A DNA stretch of 64,000 nucleotides from positions 248,001 to 312,000 of the forward strand of contig NC_045696.1 in assembly GCF_009834535.1 (NCBI RefSeq), given 5' to 3'. The stretch is from Camelus ferus. Its lineage: Eukaryota. Shown here piece by piece: positions 11,838 to 23,702 of this stretch. Made by a program: the position numbers and the translations under genes. Positions within the stretch are counted from its first letter, which is position 1. Each line of letters starts with the position of its first letter. Below the pieces are notes generated by a model. That model saw only the letters and a program-made list of their open reading frames with translations. It did no database searches and had not been told where the DNA came from.

Positions 11838-13461
11838 AACATAATGATATAAAAAACTTCAGTGTGATATACAGAATTCCCAGAGAGTAACTTTAAAACA
11901 TTTTAATGCTTCGTAAAATCTTAATTTACAAGACACTTTGTCTTACTGCCATGGACTTTTTAATACAAAAATTTTACAATATCTGTTGGCTATAAAACTA
12001 CAACATTAAGACCAGGGTTGGGTAGTTCCTCCCCTGCCGGCCATTCTGTTATAAGGAGTGTCCATTAGTCCACTGCTAGAACCTCTGTGTGTCAGACACT
12101 AAGTTACACAGATTCTGTACATAATTACAAAAGGACCATTTGAATTCCAGTATGTGGTTACACCCCACACCGCAGGCCAACAAAGCTACTGAGCATGAGC
12201 CACTTGTAGCCAAGTAAGAATCAGACATGAGAGTCGGCTGGGCAGCCAGACCTTTCTGGTGGAGAATTTAAAGTGGAGAGAACGAACAACGGCTTCGTTA
12301 GGCACTGACCCAGGCTAATTCCAGAAAGACCTGGTTGCTTCCAGGAAGCGTGCACAATCCTCAGACTTTCCTGCCCTCAGTCCCCAAAACTCTACAACAC
12401 TTCCCGTCAACGATATAAAAATACTCTTAGATTCGAGCTTCACTTCACACTCTGGAAGTACCTAAAGGATTTCACGCTCTCTTCTTTGATTTGAGTTTAC
12501 TGTAACATTTGATCACTCAATCTGGTCAAATTTGAATGAAACAACTGAATGTGGCTTGGCCACACGTGGGCATGGTAGGGGGCAAGGCTCTCCCGTGGCC
12601 CCTTGGACACACCATGGGGCCCTCGGCAGATGGCATGGAGGACGGGCATCTCCCTGCACTGGTGCCACACATCTGCTGACTGGGAATAAAAATAACTCAG
12701 CACACTTCTGTGCAGTGAGAGGAGCTCATACCATGGTTGGGGAAACGAGCACTTCAACTGAGCAGCAAGAAGCTGGAAACTCAGAAGGTGGTTTGAACCT
12801 GAATGTGGCCTATCTTCCCAAAACAGAGCAGCTAAACTGACGGCCCCAAAATGCCACTGTCAAGGATAAACAGCCACACCTGCGGACGGCCGGGCACACC
12901 TGTTCCAAGGGAGGCAGCGTGTGTGTGTCCAGTGTCCGGACTGGGGCCCAAGAGTGAGAAGGGCAGCCAGGACTTGGTCCCCGTCCACCGGCCTTTCTGG
13001 GCTCTGTGCCCCCCTGTGGAATGGAACTGAAGCAGCGCAGGCCTCAAGTTCTTTCTAGCAGAAATGCTATATATGAACTTGTCATTTGAAGTGGGAATAA
13101 ATAATTGAATTTTTAAAATCAAAAACTATATTTTTAGCCTAAAAAAAGTGCAAACTGGCAATACAGCAGAGAACCACGCCTGCAGCTCCCGCAGCGCCCA
13201 TGCCAGGCCCCTTCCCTGGCCCCGTCTGCTCCAACACTGACAGCTATTTCTGTAAACGTGCTTGATGATTAAACTATTTCTTCGAATAATTCAGGAAGTG
13301 GTTTCTAAAATGAGATGGATCTGTAAGCAGGGAGGAAGGGGCACAGGGCTCCCTGGGGCCTGGAGTCCCTTTCCCAGTGACCACAGACACTGCCGATTCC
13401 ACGCATCCCAGCCCCGTGACTGGTCCCAACCCCTGCCCCAGGGCCAGGAGGGGAGCTGCAG

Positions 13462-13714
13462 TCACATGTTGTAGGCCACATAGATGGGGTCCAGCTGGTC
13501 GGCCAGGAAGCCGTCCCGCAGGTGCATGCGCTGCTTCTCCCCCCGGGAGTTGATGGGGACGACGCCTGGGTCCACGATGACCACCACGCCCACCACCAGG
13601 TGGTGCTCCTCCAGCACCACGTTGGTCACCAGGGCCACCAAGTCCAGGGCGTCCTGCTCCAGCCCGTCCAGCTCCACCACCACCACCAGCAGGTTGGTCC
13701 AGGTGAACACAGCA
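13462..13714 (-). CDS. DIP2A: DIP2A terminal coding exon
   Basis: AVFTWTNLLVVVVELDG..DQLDPIYVAYNM-stop; AG acceptor 13715-13716. Confidence 0.97.
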
Positions 13715-14251
13715 CTGCAGGGAGAAGGTGGATGGTGTCACCCACAGGGCTGGACACAGGCTCCGGGCCAGGGACACACGGGAAACGGTGTCAGCTGGAG
13801 ACTAGTGAAAACTCCAGAGTCTGCTCCCGATGCCACCCTCCTGTTCAGCATCATTTACAATTCACACGTGTCTTACAGGAATATCTCTTCTAGTAAGTTC
13901 TCGCTAAAGATCTAGGATATTATTTGATTTTGAAAGCTGGACCTTTCCCTATGCAAGCTCCCCACAAAGCTGGAGAAATCATGGGTAAATTAGGAAATTC
14001 ATGCTAAAAGCAGAATTGCTTCGGGGTAACTGAAGCTCTTACGTTTTGCCTGTGTTTCTGAGGACAGACTCCTGGTTTAAAAGTGATCAGGAAAAGAGGA
14101 AAAGCCAAGGAAATCCAAACCGTGTGTCTCCGGCACGTGATTCCCAGAGCGTGTCTGGGGTCTGCTCCTGGAGAGGCAGGGCTGCTCACACATCCACAGT
14201 GGAGGGTCTGCGGGGACCAAGGTCCCCAGGGCTCCCCAGGAGGGTGCTCAC

Positions 14252-14375
14252 CACTCAGCGATGCTCCTGTGTGCACGGATCACCGAGGTCTCAATGTCGA
14301 TGGGGTGGTAGCGCATGCCTCTTAGCTCTAGCGTCTCGTCCAGAGACCCGACCACATAGAGAGCGTCGTGTCGCT
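14252..14375 (-). CDS. DIP2A: DIP2A exon
   Basis: RHDALYVVGSLDETLELRGMRYHPIDIETSVIRAHRSIAEC; AG/GT, 124 nt. Confidence 0.95.
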
Positions 14376-14803
14376 CTGTGGATGGCACACAGTGGGAGCC
14401 GGGAGCTGGTGCACAGACACCGTTGACCACTGAGCCCCACCAAGCTGTCCACCCCCGGAAGCAGAGGTTATGCCGACGCGTGATTATGTATTTCACCACG
14501 TCTGGAAACAAAGCAGCATCTGCAGGGGCTCCTAAAACTCTGCCTGATCTGGTTGGTCTGCTGTGGCCAAGTGACTTCACGATTTTGGGGGGACACGGGG
14601 GGAGAGCACCACACATGGCTGGTGAGATGTGCCCATGGGTCCGCCTGGGGAGGACCCAACAGCCTTCTGCCAGCACCCCAATCCTCAGCAGGCTGGGATC
14701 CAGGAGCAGTTAAGGGAGGAAGAATAATTTTCAGAGAGGACCACATCAGAGCACCTGAAGAGCAAGCTCTAGCGAGAGGCTCACCGTGCCCAGGAGCCCT
14801 CAC

Positions 14804-14978
14804 CTCCGCTGGCATCGGTGAGCTCCGTCCTTCGAAGGAAGCCCAGGAAGCCAGTCCTCGCCCATACGGTCTGGGTGTCTCCGAAGCTCAGCCGGGCACT
14901 GAAGTGGTCGGCGTGCAGCCCCTCCTCCCCGTAGACCGTGTAGTACCCGGTGGCGTTATGGGGGCTGCTCACCCAGAT
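14804..14978 (-). CDS. DIP2A: DIP2A exon
   Basis: IWVSSPHNATGYY..WARTGFLGFLRRTELTDASG; AG/GT, 175 nt. Confidence 0.95.
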
Positions 14979-16260
14979 CTGGGGCCCAGAGGACAAGACT
15001 GCTGGTCACTGCAAGTGCTGGGCTCTGTCCTGAGGCCCAGCAGCAACACAACAGGACACGGCAGGGGAGGGGTCTGGAGCTAAGTTACATTTACAGGCGT
15101 GGAAAGCAGACAAGTAACTTCTCCTTCAAGGAAAGCATTCCTCTCCTTGGACCCCGGAGAGACGTTTGTAGGACCGCAGTGTGAATGGGCTCACATCAGA
15201 TTACTGACAGTAGGAAGGACCTGGGAGTGACCTGTATGTCCACACGGGGCCAGCCAGAGTGAGACCCCACACACGTGTCCCTGGTACCAGAGTGTCGTGG
15301 GCCCCCAGGGCATTCTCCTAAACTCAGGGCCCATCTGGGACCCACAGGCAGTTCCCCGTGCTGAGTGCTGGGCTCAAGACAGCTCCAAAAAGCAGCGTTG
15401 GAAGGGGAGACGGGTGGCCAGCATGGCCTTCCACCACGAGGAGCAGGCCCCGGCCTGTGTACCCACCCTGACCATCCTGGGGCCACACAGCTGCCCTAAC
15501 AGGCCTGGGTCCAGCTGGCCGGGAAGGGGTGGTGAGGAGATGCCCCACCCGACCGCACCTGGCCCTGGGGCTGGGGCACCCCCCAAGCGGACTCTGCACC
15601 ACCCCTGGGAGGCCCCAGGCTTGCCCACACCCTTGTACGGGCTAGACGGAGCCTGGGCAGCGTCCGTGTGGACACCCTGAGTACGCCTGCAGCAGAGCCC
15701 ACACGATCCCTGAGCCCACCTGGTGCCAGAGCACGGGTTCCCGGGGCCCACAGCTGAGGCCACGGCCTGCGCTCTGCTCCCTGGTCCCCCGTCCTAAGTT
15801 ACTCTGGACGCGCCTGCTAAATGCAGGTGGTCAGCACCATGACTCCAGTGCAGCCTGTCTCCTGGGGGACAAGGACCCCTGCCCCATGTCCTCAGGACAG
15901 AGGCCCCTCCCTCCCTCTCAGCCTCCGAGTCTGCCCCGGGCCAGCCCCCTCGGGCTGCGGCTCCTGGGTCGGGGCCGGAACTGCCCTTTGAGGGACGGCT
16001 GCTTCCTCCTCTGCTGCGGGTCCTGTGCAGCTCCTGGGGCCTCCTGGTGCCTGCAGCTCAGGTTGGGCAACAGGGTCGGGAGCTCATCTGCGGGGAGAAC
16101 CCTGAAATCCTGCCCAGGGACTGGGTCCAGGAGCACAAACGCTGAGGGGGAAGCAGACAGCTTCTCATAGGTTCCCCAAAGCGTGTGTGACCCCCGAACC
16201 TGGGGCAGCAAGGGGGCAGGGTCAGGAGCGGCTCCTGGGGCGCGTGGGGCTCCCGCTCAC

Positions 16261-16335
16261 CTCTCCCAGGTGCGAGTCTCCAAGGGGCCCTCTGGTCTCG
16301 GTGTGGGCAATGATGACCTTCACCCCAGGGAGGAT
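16261..16335 (-). CDS. DIP2A: DIP2A exon
   Basis: ILPGVKVIIAHTETRGPLGDSHLGE; AG/GT, 75 nt. Confidence 0.95.
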
Positions 16336-17905
16336 CTGGAAGGAGACCGGCTCCACGTCAAGGGCAGCAGACCCTCCTGACTCAAGTGCGTGAGAAACCC
16401 TGCCCTTGGAAGCTGCTCCACAGGACACAACACGACGCGTGCATGAGGAGGTCCAGTAGCTAACCTAACCCTGGGCTGGATTTTAACAGAGGTGAGAGAT
16501 TTTACCAGATAAAAATAAATTGTGAATTTTAGTAAAATCACCCAGTTTCTGAGAATGGACCCTGCTAGGTGCCGAGAGGGGCGGAGGGTCTCCACAAGCA
16601 CGTGCTCTTCCTGGGACTTCCGCTGAGGCTCCTGGCCAGGGCTCAGGAGTGCAGGGGCGTCCATGCACACGGCCCCCCGAGCCTCCCAGCTCTGGACAGG
16701 AGCCTGACCACCAAGAGGCCTTCCTGCTCTAGACACAGAGCTGGGCTGCCGCTGAGCACAGGCTCCCTGACCCACCCAGGGGAGGCTGCCTCGGGTCCAG
16801 GGCCCCCACTGGGCTGCTCCCGACCTGGACACCTGTCCGTGTCCTCAGTTTCCCCACATGTAAAACGGGAGACGACGGGACCCTCCAGGCAGATGGAGGA
16901 CAGGAGGAAGAGCCATGGGAGGCCAGTGCAGGTCAGAGCCAGGCCCTCCTCTCCCACACTGTCCCCATGCCCTTGCCCGATGCTGTTCCCTTGGATGCTG
17001 CCGGAGCCTCCAGCCTCTCCCTGTGTGGCTCCAATCCTGAAGCTGGAGCCCCTTCCAGGACCCACACCTGTCAGGCCTGAGTTACTGTAACACAGAACCA
17101 CGGTGGGGGCCATCAAAAAGGGGTTCAGAGCCATAAGTGCGCTGATGCTGACAGTACAGGGAAACATTCCACGTTTGCAAAAAGGGCTGCAAACTGCATG
17201 TGGGTGTCTCCATGCTCAGGGAGGACAGGAGTGGGTGCACACCTCTCTGTGGGTCTGTGCCCTCCTGCCCACGGCCTTCACTCCCCATCAGCCCCAGCCA
17301 CACTGGCCCCTGTGGCCCCAGGGCCTTTGCACCAGCTGAGACTTCTCCCCGGTCTCTGCTCCTCTGTGCTCACCCCCAGCACTCACCACGGGCTTGTCGT
17401 GAGCTGCCCCTGTTGCCCTGTCCCTCTCTGGGCACCTCCCTGCTCCGGATTGTCAGCTGTGGCCACAGGAGCGTGAGTAGAGTGGGCATGGCCACCCCGG
17501 CCTTGGCTCCGGAGCTGTGGGAGGCCACAAGCTGGGGCCATGCACATCCAGCCTCACAGCCCAGCCCTCTGTGAACTGGCTTCCCTCAGGCCCCCCTCAT
17601 CGCACTGCCTGATGGGTCCGACCGCCATCCTCCCTTCCTGGCTCTGAGGACGCCTATTCTCCGGTGGCTCATTTTCCCCTGGTGACCACTTCCTGGCTGC
17701 CACCTGGACCAGGGGCTGAGTTCTTCCTGGCCCCGCTGGGTCTGTGCACCTGCAGTCCTCCCCGCCAGGCCTGGAGCGTGGGGCGGGGGCCCTCTGCGTC
17801 AGCCCAGCCCAGACCCCGGGCGCCTGCACTCATCGCGAGCGCCTCCCAGGGACCACGTAAGACAGAAAGGACTCAAAACACATACGGAGGCAAGTCCCCT
17901 CATAC

Positions 17906-17963
17906 CTTTCCAGACTCTGTCAATGGCAGACTATGCGGAGAACCTCGTTCCACCAAACGTACC
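17906..17963 (-). CDS. DIP2A: DIP2A exon
   Basis: VRLVERGSPHSLPLTESGK; AG/GT, 58 nt; read by hand, not in the ORF track. Confidence 0.93.
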
Positions 17964-18468
17964 CTAAAAATTAACAGGGGAAAGATTTCAGAATCAAATT
18001 TATTGTCCAGGCAACAATCTCCAAAAAGGCACCTCATCAGCTGATCAGGAATTATCACATGATGGCAGGTCTGTTGCTGTGGCCTTGGAACAGTGACTTC
18101 AGGTGCCGGCAGGAGCTGGCTTCATGTTTCCTCGGCCCTCGCCCTGGGCCCTCTCTCCTCGCCCCTGTGAATCTCCACCACCGCTTCCCTCGACCTGCAG
18201 CACAGCCATGTTTGGGGGCCGGGAACCAGTTCCCAGCCCTGAAGCTGGGGAGACACAGGCCCCCAGGCCACATCTCCTGATGGAAAGCCCACGTCCTGCC
18301 TCCAGACAGGAGTGTGTCAACAAGCCCCGTCGTGGGTTCACCTGTCCTCTACCCCAGAAAAAGCCAAATGCCAAATGCCAAACGCTGGGTCACTGTGAGC
18401 GCCCCTGGTTGTGAGGGTGCCGATGAAGAACACGGGGAGAGGGAGGCTCTCCACCAGCTGGGCGTTAC

Positions 18469-18530
18469 CTGTCGTGGCGCAGTGCCCTCATGTCCACGTA
18501 GACGGTCGTGGGGTCGGGACCGGCCGTGCC
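18469..18530 (-). CDS. DIP2A: DIP2A exon
   Basis: GTAGPDPTTVYVDMRALRHDR; AG/GT, 62 nt. Confidence 0.95.
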
Positions 18531-19251
18531 CTGCAGGGGAGCAGCAGAGGAACGTCCACCTGGGGCCGCTCTCGCCCATGTCCGGAGCACCTGCATCCAC
18601 GTGGGCATGGCCCAGGGAGGGGGTCTGCCCTCCGGCCAAACATCAACCAGGGGATGAGTAGGAGGGAGACCCCAGTAACAATGAACGAAGGTGTCCAGTC
18701 GTACAAGGTCACATTTCAGCCCCAACAGCGCCCTTTCCCACCAGCTGCTAGGAAAACACCACTTGGGTCTGGGCGCTCCCACCGAGCTGGGCTCTCTCCA
18801 GCCTAATCCTACCCAGGGCGGGCCCTGTAGGCCCCGCTGGCACTGGCTGGAGCGATGTCCTCACTCTCTCCTCTCACCTGATGCTGATCCTGATTAAAGG
18901 ACATTATGTTCCTTTTCCTTAGATAAGGGACAGCAAATTAAATGGTCACTCTGCCCAATATCATTTCTGAAGGTCCCAGACAATGTAACCTATGTCTGCC
19001 CTGGATTTAAAACAAACATTTCTTCACTGAGACTAAACACAGCCCTTCCTAGAGGCAATGTTATGGATGTCAAATGCTTCTGAAAATAGTTTTGCTCTTA
19101 AATTTGGTTACAAAGAAGCTTTTGTAACCTGTCAAATAATACCCACTGTGCGCAAAGCCAGACAGCAAAAGAAACACGTTAATTTGGAGAGCCCATGAAC
19201 TCTCGGGAAGCCCAGAGGCCCCTGGAGGTCAAGGCCAAGGTCAAGTCGTAC

Positions 19252-19281
19252 CTGCTCAGCCAGCTTTCCCAGCCTGTTGGG
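19252..19281 (-). CDS. DIP2A: DIP2A candidate alternative 30-nt microexon (PNRLGKLAEQ)
   Basis: ctctgtcag/CCCAACAGGCTGGGAAAGCTGGCTGAGCAG/gtacga; phase 0-0 matches flanking exons; ~95-nt AG-free pyrimidine-rich tract upstream. Confidence 0.75.
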
Positions 19282-20320
19282 CTGACAGAGACAAAGGAGG
19301 CCAGCGAGAACGAGAGCGAGCGAGACAGGGAGGAGCCACGGGAAACACAAACAGAGCAACAGGACGTGAGAACACGGCTAAGAGAGAGCAAAGTGCGTCA
19401 CTGCATCTTGAAACGCAAACGAGAACATCCCAGCGACACTCGTGCCGTGGGCGCCGCCTCCCATGTGCTGACAAGCAGCAGAGACGCCTGTGAGCTTCCA
19501 GGAAGGAGGGCACAGGCTTTTAGGTGCTGAGCGGACAGGCAGGTCTGCACTCACAGCCACTCACCACACGTCAACAGTCAAGACTCAGTCACACTTTCCA
19601 CGCCAGGAGGGACCTTAGAGAGAACCACCTCACCACCTCCCACCACTCAGCAAGGGTCAGCGCGAGGCCTAGACGGTCAGCTGTATCCATGGTGGAGAGG
19701 ACATCACTGGAACACCGGGAAACAGCAGGTGCTGGTGCAGGACAGGGGCTTGGGGACGACAGAGCGCGCCCAGGCCTGCTCTGGTTCCTGCCCTGGTTCC
19801 CTTTCCTCCCAACGACCTCCGGCATGTGCGCCAGGCGTTCAACGTGTCTTAGAAAGAAGTGGGACTGAGATACTAGTATAAAAGCTGGAAGACAGCCAGT
19901 CACCTGAAGAAGCGGTAAATAGCACTGCACTGTAGTTAGCTGTTTGGTTTCTGACACCATGTTTCCTTTTAATAAGTAAAATACCTAATGTTTCAAAAAC
20001 AAACTTGGGGCAATACAAATTATCACACTACTTACAGCGTTTCCATTTAGAATTGCTAAATGTCTTGAAACAGTAAGTTCACTCTTGCATTAGAAAATCA
20101 CTTGTGTACTGTATCCAACTTAGAAATTCTTCCAGGTAAGACAACAGTTACTGTTCAAAAGCAGTTTGTGCTTTTTTCCAAATAAGCCTTTATTCCTCAA
20201 GGAGGAAAGACTCTGTAAAACACTCAGCTCTGGAGGCTAAACTGCCGTTTGGAAAACACAACATCACAGGCTCGGAGGACAGAAAGGCCTGGCACGCGGA
20301 CACCCCGGGCCCCGCCCTAC

Positions 20321-20491
20321 CTGGAGGCAGATGGCCACGTTGACCCTGCAGCCGAACGTGGTGCTCACGGCACGAGCAGGCAGGCCCAGGTCCCTGAACA
20401 GCTTGGAGAAGGACTGCGTGAGAGCAATCCGAGGCCGCTCCTCGGCCACCACCATGCAGGTACGCACACAGGACAGGTCCACACCCTTCGT
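20321..20491 (-). CDS. DIP2A: DIP2A exon
   Basis: TKGVDLSCVRTCMVVAEERPR..TTFGCRVNVAICLQ; AG/GT, 171 nt. Confidence 0.95.
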
Positions 20492-20818
20492 CTGTGGGAG
20501 GAATGGCCTTAGGAACTGAGTGGCCCGAGTGCATGCATGCCACCGGGCTCTGAGCGCCAAGGCAGAGCCACACGAACCCGCTGCCTCCAGGCCGCAAAAT
20601 TCCAAGTAGGAAGCACCAGGGGGCACCCCAGCTCCGCACCCACACCTGCCTTCTGCGCTGCCAGTGACCCCACCCTCTTGCCCCCTCCCTCTCAGCCCTG
20701 AAGCCTCAAAGACCCCATCATGCGCAGGGGGCGCAGGGGGCGGGGAGGGGGCACACAGCAGGGGGGGGGTTCCGGTCCAGCCCACGGCTGGAGGGCCCGG
20801 GTCTCCTCCGGTGCTTAC

Positions 20819-20987
20819 CCTGAGCACAGCTGTTTGCGCGCCCAGGCCCCGGGCGCACATCTCCATCACGGAGTAGGAGCAGAAAGTGACGCGGGCCCTG
20901 TACTGGCTGACGGCCCACAGCCACAGGGACACGTTGCTCTCCAGCTCTGGCGGGGGCACCAGCACCGACTGGTGTCCTGAGTAGACA
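20819..20987 (-). CDS. DIP2A: DIP2A exon
   Basis: VYSGHQSVLVPP..RVTFCSYSVMEMCARGLGAQTAVLR; AG/GT, 169 nt. Confidence 0.95.
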
Positions 20988-21491
20988 CTGCAGCCACAAC
21001 AGAGGTGGGTCAGCAGGGCCCAGGGTAGAGGGTGGAGCCACGCTGCCCTGACCAAGTGGGGCTTCAGCGGGAAACACGGGGGTGGGGGCAGGGAGGGGGC
21101 CAGGCCCCTGAACACCACTCATGGATGCCAGGCGGGCCTGCTGGCCTGCTGGCCAGGACTGGGCTCTCCGTGTGAGGCTCTGTCCCTCCTTCCCTGGACT
21201 GCATGGATTTAAATCGTCTCGGCCCAAGTACTAGTAACAGAGACTGCGTGAATTTAACAAGAAATTTCCTTTTTCTTTTCTATTCAGTTTCAGATCCAGG
21301 CTTCAACCCACCCCACACCCAAACCAACCAACCCAACTCACACATGTATCTTCCACTTCCTGGGAAACAGAACCATATCTGAGAAAGGTGGGGGTCTAGA
21401 GAAGCAATTCAGCCCCCCAGGTGCATGGCAGCAGTAGGGGGTGAGGGAAGGTGTGGGGGGTGTTACCTGCTCACTCTCCCTCCACACTCAC

Positions 21492-21622
21492 CTGCACAGA
21501 CACCACAGGGCGAAGCCGAGGCCGCAGTAGGGGTCCAGGCAGATGGCGATTTGCCTGGAGGGGTACAGCTCACACTGCAGCTTTATGGAGCGGCACAAGG
21601 CACTGGTGGCTGCGTGCGACAT
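21492..21622 (-). CDS. DIP2A: DIP2A exon
   Basis: MSHAATSALCRSIKLQCELYPSRQIAICLDPYCGLGFALWCLC; AG/GT, 131 nt. Confidence 0.95.
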
Positions 21623-22093
21623 CTAGAGCGAAATGAAGGCAGTGCTCAGTGATGTGGAAGGAGAGGGTTAACAGCAGGGTCTGCTCTCCCAGCCGCCAGG
21701 CCAGAAGTATTCTCTTCCTGAAAAGATGGCTGGCTCAAATCCCACATAAACCAAAGAAGACCCAGGAAACAGCACACCAAAAGTCTTCTAAGTGAAACTC
21801 CAGGAAAATAAAGAATTGTAATGGGGCTTTTGGTTCCCAGTAAGGAGATCCACCAAAGCCACCTGGTTGTCGAGACCAAATGCTCACACATCAGATCATG
21901 AAATACCAAAATATGTGTTGCTTTCAGGCTAGCCCAATTTAGGGTTTATTGGTATTTTACACAAACTTTAAGGAACAATACTGCTGCTTCAAGCTCTGAG
22001 CAGGAGGAAAGGCCTGCGCAGACCTGCACCAGCACCCTTCTGCCACCCCTGGGTCAGGGCTGAGCAGACAGGAGCTGTGACCAGAGCGCCCAC

Positions 22094-22203
22094 CTTCACA
22101 CCCGCCAGGATCCCCGTCGTTGACACGCTGAAGTCCAAGTACGCGAGCACGTCTGGGGACGGGGGCCTGAAAATGCTGGCCACCTTCTTTTTGGGTATGT
22201 CAT
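22094..22203 (-). CDS. DIP2A: DIP2A exon (A3/P-loop-like motif of second adenylation-like domain)
   Basis: DIPKKKVASIFRPPSPDVLAYLDFSVSTTGILAGVK; AG/GT, 110 nt. Confidence 0.95.
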
Positions 22204-23365
22204 CTGTCGAGCAGGAGACACGGGCGACGTGGCTGTTACTCAGGCTCTCGCAGGAGACATGAGGCAGGACTCGGACCTGGGGCCTGGGGAGCTCAGAGCA
22301 GCAGTTGGGCTGCACACACACGTGGGGAAGCTTACTCGCTCCATCGGGGAATGTCACATGGAGTGGACCCTCACCGAGTGCACTGAGCATGTGGTGACGG
22401 GGACAGTGGGCGAGTGGGAAGGACACAGGTCGTGAGAACTGCGTGGGAAAGCTCAGCGGAGCAGGCACCTGGCAAAGGTCACAGAGCCTGTGACGAAGCC
22501 AGGATTAACGACTCGGGCACAGCAAGCGCCGTGGACGGGCTCCCAGGGCTCCTGTGCTTCACCAAGTTCCTGCAGGAGCACGAGGTGGACCGAGTACAGG
22601 TGGGCATGCGGCAGGGAGTCCAGTGAGGCGACAGGACTCCCTTGAGCCATCTGCTCCTGAGCCCACCCCAGGGCCCCACGCCAGCTGCCCTGGACTAGCG
22701 CCCTGGGCTGGTCAATGGTATCAGGCAGGCAGGCACAGTACCTGACCTCCTCCATGGGCGGTGCTCTGGTTGACAAGGACAGGCACCCACACCCACCAGT
22801 CTGCACCCTGGCTGACACCCATGTGACTGTGCACCTCCAGTTACCAGTGGGGCCTACGGGGGCTGCTGGTTTGGGGTGTCTTGATGGGGAGGGGTTGAGA
22901 CGCTCTCAGCCCCCAGGCTGACCCGACAGGCCAAGGCAGAGGGGCCGGGGGTTTACAGCCGTTCCCATGACCTGCAAGCATTTCCTAGGGTGTGGCAGCA
23001 TGGGCCAATGATGGGGACAAAGGCCGGGCGTGTGTGCACCGTGGGAGCTGTCAGTGTCCCCACAACTATCAACACATGCGGGCATGAGAGGCAGGAAGAG
23101 CTCGGTCCACAGGTGCAAAGGCCTCGGGCAAGGACTTCTGCTCCCCTCCAGCCACTCTCTGTGTGTGCCTGGCTCTAGGCTCCAGCTGGTGGACACAGGC
23201 TGCTAGGAACCTGCCGGCGAGGCTCCCCACCATGTACTCGGGCTGCTCTTCCCTGACTCTTATTTGTGGGCAGTAACAATGCACACCCTACAACAAAGGA
23301 AGCAAGGGGGCTCGTCCCGGGCAGGGGGCGGGCAGCGCACATACCAGCACACCGAGGACGCACAC

Positions 23366-23477
23366 CTGTGTCTAAAATGGTCGGCCATGTCCTGACATCC
23401 ACAGCGGCTGCTGCCTCTTTGGACCTGAGCAGCCGCACGATGGGCTGCGTAGTGAGGACGCACGTAGACTTGCTGAC
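23366..23477 (-). CDS. DIP2A: DIP2A exon
   Basis: VSKSTCVLTTQPIVRLLRSKEAAAAVDVRTWPTILDT; AG/GT, 112 nt. Confidence 0.95.
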
Positions 23478-23580
23478 CTGCAGACCACAGGGTTGAAGCA
23501 CGAGTGAGACACAGCGTCCGGGAGCCAAGTACTCGAGGGCCCAGGCCCAGGCCACCCCACCAGCTGCTGTGCACGCCCAC

Positions 23581-23702
23581 CTCCACGATCATCTTGACGG
23601 TGGGGAGCGTGGTGGCCAGGTTCTGGGGGTGTGGGGGCCGCACGGTGACAGGCACACAGCCACAGTACAGGCAGCCGTAGAAGGCGGCGATGAGGTCCAG
23701 CC
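23581..23702 (-). CDS. DIP2A: DIP2A exon
   Basis: LDLIAAFYGCLYCGCVPVTVRPPHPQNLATTLPTVKMIVE; AG/GT, 122 nt. Confidence 0.95.

Noticed and set aside
13274..13915. Several overlapping ORFs (167, 143, 123 aa) at the DIP2A last exon
   Set aside because: Alternative-frame and antisense shadows expected when GC3 is near 96%
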